NCBI GenBank assembly: GCA_025786725.1
Contig: JAHLTZ010000036.1
Span: forward strand, 186,001-250,000
Reading direction: 5' to 3'
DNA from: Syncephalis fuscata S228
Lineage: Eukaryota > Fungi > Zoopagomycota
DNA length: 64,000 bases
Below are positions 45,248 through 57,985 of this stretch, piece after piece. Under the pieces are notes generated by a model, which did not search any database, was not told the DNA's origin, and saw only the letters and a program-made list of their open reading frames with translations. Positions within the stretch are counted from its first letter, which is position 1, and the number at the start of each line of letters is the position of its first letter. The position numbers and the translations under genes were made by a program.

Positions 45248-46105
45248 ATGACGAAAAGCGATTCCAGTGTCAGTGCTACGCATAGCCATAGTCAGTCGAG
45301 TAGTAAATACACTTTGAAGGCAGATCCTGCCGTTGTAGAAACGAAAGATCTAGAGAATGATAGCACTTTAGACTCTACGGATTTCATAGATCACCTTATG
45401 AATCCACGCAATGCCGCCATAGCAACTGGACTATTGCTAACTATTAGTGCTGGAGCATCGGCGCTTTTATTAAGACGCGGACCATCGGTGAAAGCAGGTA
45501 AATTAAACGTAAAAGATATAGCAATATAATAACAATAATGTAATAATGTAATAACTTACAAACGATGATATAGCACAATTACCAAAACATTTCAAACAGA
45601 TTCATGTACCAACAGCAACACCCACCAATTATAGCCATACCAAAACAGCTAATACAGATGAATTGGAGCCGTTTTCACCAGAGGCACGCCGGGTTGGTCG
45701 TTGGCTGGCTATCAAGGCCCTGCTTGCTGGATCTGCACTCTGTCTAACTGTAAGTTCTGCGGCAGCCTGGGTCGTGGGACGTGCATTGGGTGTTCACAAC
45801 GTAAGTAAAAAAATACTCATCGACACCAGCTTATTTATTAATAAACCTACGATTAGTTAAGGGAATTTTCTGATCTATGTAAGGAGCAAGTACCTATACG
45901 TGCAGCGCCGTTCCGACAGCTTATTTATCGCGGCGTCGACGAGACTGCGGCCAATGCCATTCCGCTATCTAGTGTTAAAGAGCTTGGCGATCAATTTCGC
46001 ATTGAATGGGAGCGAGAGAAGGCGAAACGACGCCAGGAACGTATGCCATCGCCAGCAAATACCATTGAAGACAATGAACATTCATTATCAAACAGCAATG
46101 CATAA
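45248..46105 (+). CDS. TMEM242/DUF1358-like small two-TM membrane protein, 3 exons
   Basis: Two TM segments. LAIKALLAGSALC...VGRALGVHN|LREFS resembles the TMEM242 C-terminal ALRALGWGS...WKALGVHS..DF pattern. Confidence 0.65.
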
Positions 46106-46282
46106 TAAATACTTGGCATTCTTATCGTTGTCTGTTTCATAGAGAATACTATGATGAATTGTCTGTAGACTGGCTAATGGACAAATAACCAACTGACTGA
46201 CTAACCGACTTGTTCGTTATTCATTGATTCTATTAAATGGGTTCTTTGTTTCACAGCATAATTGCCGACATTGACTTAATGG

Positions 46283-47026
46283 ATCAGATAATTCATGCAA
46301 TTCAGTAAAACCTATCCGGTTATTCCGAATGGTTGTTTTCGTGGGATCAGATAAACGGATACAACAATTTATGGCTATCGGCTAAATTAGTCGACGATAC
46401 AGCTCGCTTCAGAGCATCTGATAAGACTCATTCTATCAAAGCATGAACGATAGACTGTCACCAGTCATGATTGACAGGCCTTTCGGCGCTTTAGCAGTAA
46501 TAACGCGCCAATGATTGCTGTTCTTGTAGTCAAACTATTGCTAGAAGCTTCCATTGTTATTTTCCGCCTATTTTACGCTCTATTCTTGCTAAACGAGTAG
46601 TACGCTGTCCAACCAGCTTGGATAAATTAATGTATTTGCACGTGTGAACCAGATCTGATAATTCAGCGAGCGACTGTCCGCCTACTTATGCCAGTGAATG
46701 TTGTAGCAAACTACAGTATTAATGAATAGACAATTGATTTATTTATATATTATTTATATATGACAGATACATAGTTGTATTCATAGTGTTATTTATCAAA
46801 TAGTCCGTTGATTATTCAGCAAACAAAACATCTAAGATGCTGTTAAAGGCATGACTCATCGGCGCTGATTTGTACTATCGGGGTAACTCGGAATAAACGC
46901 GGTGTTATTGCAAACAGTGCTGATTTATGACGAGACTGCCCCAATGAGGCAAATCAGCCAATTTGAGCTATCAGATGGAAAAAAACCTTTTTCTGGGACT
47001 TTCCATTTTTCCTTTCTATCAGATAA
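46283..47026 (+). promoter_or_regulatory. Cluster of five ATCWGATAA GATA elements plus CCAAT boxes and an ATGACTCAT site
   Basis: ATCWGATAA at 46283, 46346, 46416, 46653 and 47018, with a near match at 46968-46976 on the minus strand. CCAAT at 46508, 46941 and 46958; ATGACTCAT at 46851. Confidence 0.7.
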
Positions 47027-48717
47027 AATCAAGCCATAAAATAGCTAGCTACTTTAGCGTATCCGCTAATCGCACCTTTACATCGTTTATTCTAAGCAGC
47101 TACGCTCCCACTTTTTGCTTCTTTTTTCTTATTTGGTCAAACTTTCAAGTGTATGCATGTATGCATATCTGTAGCGATATTAGTAGCCTACTATCCATCC
47201 TTCTATCCATCTGCCACCCATCTACTATCTATCTATAGCGTTTTTTGCCTCTAAACTATCCTTGTATGCCATACAATTTTCACTCGCCTGCAATCACTTG
47301 ACCATTGCTCTACTTGGCACCTTTGACCAGCATACAACACTTACCCACGCACGCACCGTTTTTTATTCTTCCTGCAGCTACGGATACATGCTAGCTATTC
47401 CCCACGCGTGACCCATTGTGCATACAATCTGTCTGCATATATCGAACGGTAGTTTCCACGACGGGCGCTGTGTTATTGTTACCTTCACCATTAGTGGGAT
47501 AATAAGCTACTGTTTCTACGCTTCTTGCTCTATTCTACGCCTTGCATGGACGCTATTGTAAAGTCGATCACTTTTTATTGATTTATCCTACTTGTTTCAC
47601 TATAGTTAACGTCATCAGCCACGTTGACTATCACAAGCAAATAGCTATCATAATCGTTCTATTGATAGTACAAACGTGACAAAGGTATGTATCGGTGGTA
47701 TGTGCGCGTGTGGACTGCGTGGGTATCTCAGCTGCTTCCTGGGTGCATGTGCTCGCGAGTGCATGCACACTGCTAACTCTTACATATGCTGTTATCTTTT
47801 CTTCCCACTCCGCCTGTCGGTTTAGAAAGAAAGAAAGAAGCAGCATATGCTATTGTTAGCTGTGCTACTGCTGCTGCTGCCGTACTACTTGCTTCTACGA
47901 TAGTAGTTCGGCAAATGCTGTTGACCGGGAGTTTTGTTTCAAACTTAAAACTTTTTTTGCGTATGCACGTTGCCATTTGTCACTATTTCCATTGGGTATT
48001 GATGACCATATTCTTTTTTCTATTTCGCTTACTTAAATATCGACCTTTGCTTGTTCATATGCCATTTCCTGTATTGTTGTCTTTCTTTTGTGGTAGTGCT
48101 AATTTCTCCCTATTCAATCTACATCCCTTTTTAGTATTCATTGTTGTAGCTTCCAATTGCATCAGAGGCTATTGCACTGTGTCACTGCAACCTACAACCG
48201 TCCACCTACTACCTTCTTACTAGCCGACTCCCTTTGTCAACGCTATCAGGCGTCCTTTTTTGTTATAACAACAAATACCGTTGTTTAATTTCAAGCTGAA
48301 TTGTGTACGTGCATGTGTGGCAGTTTCACTACAACAATATTTGTGTGCAACAATATCTGTTGATTGTCTCTATATTTACACGCCAAATCCTCCTTGTGCG
48401 TTGCCTTTGTTCTTTATTCCAAACCGGTTTTCCTATAGTTTTTTAATTAGCCGTCTATTGTTTTATTTAGTGTGCTGTGCACGTATTTCATACATTGACT
48501 AACCAGTAACAACCTTTTAATAGATTCTATTGTTAGAAATCCATTCTCTGTTTGTTCAAAACCGGTTTTAGCCAGCCTATATTTTTATATATATATACTG
48601 TCTTTATCGTAATTGTCGCCGATTTTTGATCACCGCATTTTACAAATATCCAGCAATCTATTAGCAATTCATTAAGCAATCAATCCTTTAGCTTTCTACG
48701 GCCATAGCATTAATAAC

Positions 48718-50143
48718 ATGGAAAACGCACGCCTACTTTGCCTTGCTGATGCTGCTCAGCACATTAGCCGTGGATCAGCTACTGCTCCTTCTACTTATTC
48801 TACTTCTTCATCACCTGTATTACCACGACCTGGCTCAGTAGCTTTGCCACGGCCATACCCCTCTCTTCCCGCTGCTACTTCATGGGATCAGCCTTGCTTG
48901 GCACCATTTGAACCTCGTACCGATATATCTTTACCGCCTATTTCCTCTTTTCTATCTTCATCTTATACTGGCCAAGTACATTCGGCTATTCATCATACAC
49001 GTGATGCTGATATATTACGCTCATTTACACCATCACCAAAGATGTCGCCAGCCAGTGGTGGTTCATCTGGTTATGCATCGCCACTAATGCTGCCACAGCC
49101 TAGTTTGAGACTTACTACACCTACATCGTGTACTGCATATTCGCCAAGAGCATCGCCTATTCCATCTCGTCAGGACATGATGGATTGTGATAGCGATGCC
49201 AGTACACCACCACCAGCACGCATATTTGTATCTCCCACCGCCAATGTTGATGTATCAGGTCAATGCTATTTGCCATCACCTCATCCAAGTCCAAATCTAC
49301 GTGCCAATGATCGCGAATCAACTAGTGACTCTGTAGATAGCTATTCCTCAGATGTGGCATCTAAGACTTTACTACAACGAGCAAATGTTAAAGCAGGCAA
49401 TGTGACTCGTCGCCGTCGCCGTCCACCCTTCTCATACGCTTCTCTTATTGCCCAGGCCATTCTATCGGCACCAAGCCGTCAATTGACCCTTCGTGACATT
49501 TATCAATGGCTCATGGATCGTTATCCAACTCTATATCGTGCTGATGACAGCAGCTGGCAGGTGAGTTTACTAATCAACATTTTACCTAGTAACGTGTATA
49601 CTAATAATCATTTATTCATTATAGAACACTATTCGACACAACCTGTCATTAAACAAATGCTTCTGCAAGGCACCCCGTCAATCAGATGAAACCAGCCCAT
49701 TATCCAACAAAGGAAAGGGCGGATATTGGTGCATCAATGATATGTATTTACCATTGTTCCGTGACGGTCAATGGCAGCGGGCCACTGATTTGGAACCAGA
49801 AACTGGCCGACAAGTGGCCGGCCTACTACGTGTTCGTGGTGGTGTACCTCGTAAACATTCGTCCTCGATCACTGCTATGCCCAAAATGAATGCTATTAAC
49901 AGCGTACCCGCTTTAACACCATCGTCTCCTATTACAAAGGATATTGACATGAGACGCATGTCAATGGATCGGCAATCAACGCCCATGCAATCACCATCAC
50001 TCTCTCCTTGCCGTACACCGGTGACACCTCCCATGTCGTTGACCGATATTGAGACTGTACATTCAACAAAGCCAACTAGAATGTACACACCAGAAAACCA
50101 ACACCACTCAGCTTCATTCCGTATTAATCATTTGCTTAATTAG
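48718..50143 (+). CDS. Forkhead transcription factor, 2 coding exons, probable long 5' UTR intron ending at 48523
   Basis: [38 protein letters not shown]...SWQ|[13 protein letters not shown]...GKGGYW with intron 49561-49624; ends in FRINHLLN*. Confidence 0.93.
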
Positions 50144-51306
50144 TAGACCAACATGTTTGTATGTATATAGATATACACTGCATGAGTCTGTCTGGCCATT
50201 CAAGGCCATCTTTCTCCTTCTATCTGTTTACGTATTATCGATCTTGTTTGTAATCTTAACACTTGCTTTTATTACCAATTATTTTATTTTGTGCTGCACT
50301 TTTGTATACTGCATGTGTGCGCTAACAACAACAACAACAACAATGCCTTTCAATTAACATTACTATTTCCCTTAGTTATTTGTTGCTATGTGTGTGTGTG
50401 TACTTTGTCATCTTATTTTGTGTAAATACATTGTTACATAAATAATAATGATGTTGATGATGGACTACACATAGTATATAACAGGTCGGGATGTTATTTA
50501 TGCACTATTAATAAATTAACTACATAATTACTTAATTGATATTGGGAGCTACTTCACTTTGCGTCTTACATTTTTATTTACTCATTTCATCATTATTCCA
50601 TGCATAATATTGCATCTAACATTAATTAATTCATGTGTAATTATTGCTACAATAATGTAATTAATAAGTTATCTTTATTATTGTCATTATGATATAAATT
50701 GCTCAAAATGTCATTTATTTAGTCAGATTGACTATGGAAAAGTGGTTATTTAATAAACGACATTTATAATAATTATATTAATACTGATCTTACATCATAA
50801 ATATGCCTCAGATGCAATAGTAGAATATTAGAAAATAGAAGAGACCATTTAGATACAATAATACATGTTGTACATAGATGCAACAACAACGAATGCAGAA
50901 TGACATGGAATCGCGATCATATGGCTTCTATTAATATTCGGTCAACCTTTCTACACATGGCCAAGAACAATAATAATCGGCCTTAAATGTTTCAAAGAAA
51001 TGAAATAATATGTACATTATGTATTTAAATTAATTTATTAACAATATTTTAATAAAAAGTAATTAACCATGTTGTGTATACTAACAACATGACTCTGACT
51101 GGAACAAACTTTGGGGACAGTCTTTAGCACACATATTCAATATTAATATTTTTATACTAGTTATAGTATCTAATTTAAAACACACAAGCACACCTTTATA
51201 TTTTCCTTTGTTCATTCTTGTTCTTGTTCTATTTATAACGTTACTACGACTAGATAATAGTCGTTTATCTTCTTTGTTGTACTTGCGTCATTACTAGTGA
51301 TCAGCT

Positions 51307-52741
51307 ATGGGGTTTGACTTGGATAGCTGTATCAGCACACTGATGAAGCGTAATCTATTGGCTGAATCGGTTATACGTGAGATTTGTGCCAAGACAAAGG
51401 AAGTTTTGATGAAAGAAAGCAATGTCGTCCGTATAGAGACGCCAGTAACGGTCGTGGGCGACATTCATGGGTAAGTACATTTAATGCGCTATAATCGTGT
51501 ACTGTATAGATACTTATAACAACAACTTGTATAGGCAATTCCACGATTTACTTGAAATATTTCGTATTGGTGGCAAGTCGCCCGACACAAATTATCTTTT
51601 TCTTGGTGTGTGTGTGTGTGTGTGTGTTTGTGCTTTATGCATAGATCATGGTGTAGATGGCGTTTATTAACTAAGGTTTGAATGTACATAGGAGACTATG
51701 TCGACCGTGGTTATTTTAGCGTAGAGACGATATCTTTATTAACATGTTTAAAGCTTCGTTACCCAAAGCGTGTACATCTAGTACGTGGAAATCATGAAAC
51801 CAGAGCAGTTACTCAGGTAATGTCTACTACGTTCAATGTTATTGTAACTCTAAAGTCAATGGTTAATTAGACTTATGGATTTTATACGGAATGTATGCGT
51901 AAATACAATAGTAGTGCCGAAGTTTGGAAGTGCTTTACCGATATGTTTGATTACTTGACGCTCTCAGTTGTTATTGATGATAGTATATTTTGTGTACACG
52001 GAGGTATGTTGTAATAGCAGTTAATGTATATTAACATGGATATCTAATAATTTTCTACACGATAGGCTTATCGCCTTCGATCAAGACAATCGATCAAATT
52101 ATTGTTATTGATCGATTTCGTGGTAAATATATACTACAAATGATAGATTATTTTGTTACTAAGCAGTGGTATTTGAATGATTTGAATCAATAGAAGTGCC
52201 GCATGAAGGTCCAATGGCTGACTTGGTTTGGTCAGATCCTGATCCGGACAAAGAGGACTACATAGTATCGCCGCGGTAAGTTTTTGTCGATTAATGGCGA
52301 ATAATTGATTGGTATACTAACTAGTAATATAGAGGTGCTGGTTACTATTTTGGCAGTGCAGTAGTACAACAGTTTCTGCATATGAATAATATGTCACATA
52401 TATTGCGAGCACATCAACTTTGCATGGAAGGTTATACGGTAACGATGAAAATAAGAATAATATGTGATTATTTGTACATTTATACATGCTAATACTAGAC
52501 ACTAGGTGCTATTTAATGATCAGTTATCTACTGTGTGGTCAGCGCCTAATTACTGCTATCGTTGCGGTAATAAGGCCAGTATTTTAGAAGTGAGTCCCTC
52601 GTTAGAACGTTTTTTCAATGTATTCGATGCAGCACCGGACGAAGAGCGGGAATTAGTACGTGAGGCCAATAAGCGACAGGTAAGACATTGGTGTTTATTG
52701 ATTCACTAAATATTTATAAATAGGCCGAGTATTTCTTATAA
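51307..52741 (+). CDS. PPG1: PP2A-like Ser/Thr protein phosphatase, Ppg1 type, multi-exon
   Basis: [79 protein letters not shown] and a C-terminal YFL. These residues match yeast Ppg1 better than PP2A, PP4 or Sit4 as I recall them. Confidence 0.85.
51606..51627 (+). repeat. (GT)11 microsatellite forming the 5' end of a PPG1 intron (51606-51691)
   Basis: The exon ends TTTCTTG|GTGTGT... and the next exon restores FLGDYVDRG. Confidence 0.85.
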
Positions 52742-54097
52742 GCTGCGTCTTTCAAAAGTTTACAGCGCTGTACTTGTAAAGCTGTGCGTGTCTGTGTGCA
52801 TATCTGTTATCTTCGACTCGTTCATTATACGGCAGTTTGTTTTTTGCTATTATTTCAGCAACGTAATACAAATAGTCAAGCACACAATGTTGCTAATGAA
52901 TTCTATTAATGTTGGGCAAAGATTAAAATGATTAATTTTACAAGTATTGGTAATTATTTTAAATATTTTAATAATTCAATCATCCATTAGTATTACTATA
53001 TCGCCATTTAATGTATTTTATTGTTAGTTTAAATTGTATTTTATTAAAACATTTGTAATTAAATAATTTAATTTATTATTGAAGTAGCCTATGTTATTTA
53101 TTACTGATAGATCTAGAGCGACTGAGATTAACATGAGATAATATAAGAGCGCATATACTAAATATATTTTATCTTTGTTTCTAAAGCAAAATGAATGCAA
53201 ACACCAGCACTGCTATTTAATTTTAGATTTATATGATAAAGCAGATAGCTTAAAATAGAGAAAAATAAAAAATTATTTTGTGTCAATGATGCAAATAGTA
53301 GCTTAGCACTAGTTATTTATATCGTTATCAAGTAATTAAATAATAAAAACAATAATGATATTGGAACGATATCATTATTATTTGTGAAATACATACATAA
53401 TTGCATAGAGTATACCAAAATTTAACTACAATGTTAATAAATGGTATATGTTTAGAAAGTGAAATGTTATAAAATAGATGGCAAGTTGTGCAGTTAATAT
53501 AAATGAATCTGCAATACTGTGATATAAAATATTAATACCACAGTAATGAATGTAATAAAGATAGATGCCATTATTATAGTGCAACAATTTTGTTCCACTA
53601 GATTCAATTACTAGACATGTTATTGTGTAAACAAAATAAAGAACGATTCTGAATAAAATTAAATGCATATGTCTATTAAGACTATCAGTTAAGCACATTT
53701 TATAGGAATATAATGTTGGATACTTACACAGTGATTTAAAGCAAGCCTGAAGTTAAAAGAAACATAGTAGCAATAAAGCTAAGCAAGATGTGGGAGTCAG
53801 AAAGCGAAAAATGAAAGTTGCATTCAACCTACGCCTTTTTATAATAAATTACGTTCATTGGTAAAATGGCGTGTATAGTAATAGTATTCATAAAGTATAA
53901 CAAATATCATTTTGTTCCCAAATAAATTATTAATATAAGCATGTTTATTAGTGAAGCGATGAGTATAATAAGAATTATTATCATAGAGTATATAATCAGT
54001 ATAGTTACAAATCAACAGCGATGCATTGTACAAGGTATAGCAACAGCACATTAAACTATATAAATAAATGGATACTATAATCGTTTGTTCATCATGT

Positions 54098-54761
54098 TGT
54101 TACTATTCCACTAAGAGTAGAATAATAAACGGATTACTAATATTATGCTTGGTCTTGAGTGACCTATAATGTTAGTAATTAGGTTATCTAAGACTTACTT
54201 AATTGTTTTTATCAATAAAGATTATTAACCTTTAATTAATAATTTCCACAGCAGTAGAATAAATGATTAGAATAGTGTTAGCTCAGATAAAAAGATCAGT
54301 TCAGTCTAGCAATCACTGCAAGACTGAAATGATCAAAAAGGTTCAAAATTTAAATAAAATAAAAAAGAATTTAAACCAAGATAAGATAATGTTTATTAAG
54401 ATTAAAAATATGGCTGCCATTTTATAGCAAATGGTCTTGGATATTACGAAGGAAGAACTTGAACAACTTGTCTGTTCAATTTCTTCTTCCGGCAATATGG
54501 GGCTAGTTTTACTGTAATAAGTAATATGGAGCCGTGAACTGCAAGTATTTATAGGCACTGTGTTTCTTGCCAAGAGTTAGGAACGATTGTAGTGTTGGGA
54601 TCGTCGTGGCTTAACCGAAAGAATGGCCATCTTTTACTAGGACCCTGACTATTACCGGAAATGGGAATAGTCACGTGATGAAGTTATTGCTAATTAAGTT
54701 TTCTACCAAATATGGTAAATAACGCAACTTACACCACAATTATACTGGTGAAATAGTAACA
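54098..54761. mobile_element. 664-bp insertion with TGT...ACA ends and 4-bp TSD (solo LTR or non-autonomous TIR element)
   Basis: Left end TGTTACTATTCCAC and right end GTGAAATAGTAACA (13/14 inverted match). ATGT is duplicated at 54094-54097 and 54762-54765. The empty site CATCATGTGTTTATTC is present in the other four RlpA copies. Confidence 0.92.
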
Positions 54762-54845
54762 ATGTGTTTATTCATTTGTCATATATATGTTTGCGAGGAC
54801 CAGCCTAGCAATGTTAATCTATCTACATTTATAGTTGTATACTTT

Positions 54846-55696
54846 TTAAGAATTATTTTTTTGCTTTTTGCCGTCAGAACTCTTTTTGGAGTCGTCATAG
54901 CTTTTGTCGCTTCCATTTTGTTCTTTATTATCCTTCTTCTTACCCTTTGACTTTTTGTCACTGCTCTTGCCATCACCGTTATGCTTGCCGGAATCGCTGT
55001 TGTTATCCGATTTCGAATTGCCATTACTGTTATCTTTACTGTTGCTATTTGACTCCGAACTGTCAGCGCTATCCCCTTCAGTCTTGCTGTTACCAGAATC
55101 TTTCTTCTTTCCATGACCTTTTCCTTTCTTAATGTTAGAGTCGCTTCCAGTAGTGCCATTCGTGTCACTGGATCCATCTGATTCTTTATCTTTAGACGAG
55201 GTTGCTGGTTCGGTAGTATTGCTGCCGCTTGACGAGCCAGAGCAGTCGACAAACTTCCATTGGGCGGCCAATTCACCAACGCTCCTTTTGGCTACTTTAT
55301 CAAAAGCAGCTGGACTAAGATCTATATGACCACTGTTACATGCTAAGAATAATAATTAGTATTGTTTTTTAAACTTAATAAAAAATACTTACATTCACAC
55401 TTATCAACAATTTTGACCACAACGCTACCAAGAGGTCCAGTGACTTCAGCACAGCGACCGCACACTGGTGACTTTTCAGTATCTTTATCATTGCCAAAGT
55501 CGGATTTTCCTAAAGCTGCTACCATGTCACTTGAGCTAGAGGACTTGCCGGAGCAGGCATCGTTACTTGGCGTATAATAGGTAATAATACCTCGTCGCTC
55601 AAAATGATTGACTTGGAATGCTCGTGGATAATGTCTCTTGGCAGAGACAATCACAGCGAGACTGAAAAGAAATAAAGCAGAAGAAGCAATACGCAT
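54846..55696 (-). CDS. Secreted RlpA-like/DPBB protein, copy 4; 131-aa S/K/D/G tail
   Basis: Intact, same structure as the other copies, HIDLSPAAF motif. Confidence 0.92.
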
Positions 55697-56748
55697 TTTG
55701 ATGAATAGACTTTGTTAGTAAGTGTCGTTGTATAGATAGTTATCTTGCTATCGCGCTGCTGTTAATTGTGGTGTTCTGTGTTTGATTGCGGTGCCTGTCC
55801 GACTGTTCTTATGAATGGTATAAAAAGATGATGAAGTTGTAATGACTTGGTCACTATGGCTGTGTGTGGGATGATGTTGTAAAGTTATTTTGTAAATCTA
55901 TGGCCTTTATTTAAATAAGAAAGTTGTATTGACGTTAAAAGTGTTTTCTATACTATTTTTAAAACATGCATCCATCCATTTGGTGACACTACTATTGGTT
56001 TCGCCAACAGGTCTCCTAACCTGTGTACCATTGCTATAATTGGTAATATGAATTACCTAGCACCCGTTTCCTACACTTGTAATAAATATTTGTTATTCAT
56101 ACGTATGCAATATTTTTTATTTACACAAAATATGGATATATAGCTAATTAGCGTTTATTAGCAAATAAATATAACTAAATGTTTACGCTATTCTACACAC
56201 AATATACATTTGATAATTGGTATATTGTATTGATTTGAACATATCATTCATTACACTGTGTTCGTGTCAATTTTTAGAGCTGTTTCAGCCAAGTACGCAA
56301 ATCTATTGTTTTAAGAAATTAAAACTGTTTTATGGCTATTGCCATTATAGTCAAATATACTTATTTCCTAACTCTTACAATTGCCTTTTATTGCATTACT
56401 ATAATCGGCTAATATGACACATCTATATTCCAAATACCAACATCCAATGATGATTTATCTATTATTATATTCGCTGGTACTAGCCCTACTGCTATCAACA
56501 CATGTCAGTGATCTACGTGCTGATCAAACAGCACACAGTAGTGGGTAGCGAAGTGGGGCATATCCTATTTCTATATGCTGTAGCTGTACCATATTAATGC
56601 TAAAATAGATACAGATTTATTGATGCAAGGCGTATATATCAATAAAACGCAATGCAGTTTCATAAGCATTAGTGTTAGAACAAAAGCATTGTAATATATA
56701 TAGCAAACATTTATTTGCATTTGTTCGCATTAGCACCTTTCATACCAA

Positions 56749-57110
56749 TTATTTAGTAATTTCGTACTGACTTGGGAGATATACTTGACGTTATGTGAAA
56801 ACACACCGGCAATTGGAATACGATCATCTTTAGCCAGATAGACATGACGATCACGCTTCAATGTCTCAACTTGGACAGGCTTCAAACCAAAGCAGCGGAG
56901 CATACCAATTTAATCTTTGCTATGAGGTCAGTTAAGTTTTGGGCCAAAACCATTGATTAAATAGTCATACAGCTGGATATATATAGAAATGAGACTTTTG
57001 CCCATCGTCTTAGCTTTACTGAGTTTTAAGGAAGAACATAGGTAATAAAGAAGTATAATAATATGTAATGTTTGATTTATTTATAACCATCTACCGTTCT
57101 TGGCGCAAAG
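56749..57110 (-). pseudogene. Decayed AAT 3' fragment (last exon, preceding intron and a trace of the previous exon)
   Basis: Recognisable ETLKRDRHVYLAKDDRIPIAGVFSHNVKY with stops and indels. 57093-57113 matches the AAT ...LRQEW exon end. Confidence 0.88.
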
Positions 57111-57985
57111 CATTATGTGCAATATGCTAATTGTGTTGATAGTTGAGCACATAACAGTAGAAGAGTTAAAAATACTGTATGTATGATTGTTGAACAGATT
57201 TATAGTAGTATAAACTGCTAGTGATAGTATAATAAGTAATGTTTTACAACAAAGTGAATAATCAAGCCTTAGCAGTATGTAATCAAACATAATAAAATGC
57301 TAATTGAATAAACATTCGCCATGTTAGCGAAAGTGCTGACAAACAAGACAAAAATAAAGAATAACATTACGACGACGTGGTATGAAAAGTATTTACATTT
57401 GAACTAACGTTAGTCAACTACTAGCACTAACTAACTAACTAATATATAGAGTTTATAAGTTTATTTAATGAATGTTGTTAAATATGAAGAAAAATAAAGA
57501 GAAATGTGATGACGTAGATTGTAAACTGTGCAGCTAATATGGGTGAATATATAATAACGTGTTATAAAATATTAATAATATAGTAATAAATGTAATAGCT
57601 ACCATTATTATAGAACGCGCTCATTAGTAAAAATGTTTATTAAAAGAATAGATAAATACGAATAAACTTAGCACTTTTACTAAATGTCCTCGTTGCTACA
57701 TCAAAACTGACTTGTATCAAAATGAAAGGTGGCATTACAATAATATACATTACCTATAATGGTCATACAACGTGTTCAAAGTATTTTATTATATATTAAT
57801 AGGAACATAATGAACAACGAAAGAAGAGAAATACTTTTTGAATACTAGATTACGTCTATATTGCCAGTACAGATAAAAAATGAAACAAAAGGGGCATTAG
57901 GCCAAGTTTCCGGTAATGGTCACTTCATAACGTAACACCTGTTTCCTTTATTCCATTTGTAAACTTTCAAGTAATTCTTTTAATA

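Noticed and set aside
54779-55279. Alternative-frame and antisense ORFs over RlpA tails sharing ...INVDRL.LLGWS.QT
   Set aside because: These are shadow frames of low-complexity codons running into a conserved 3' UTR. A different true C-terminus cannot be fully excluded given the indel errors.
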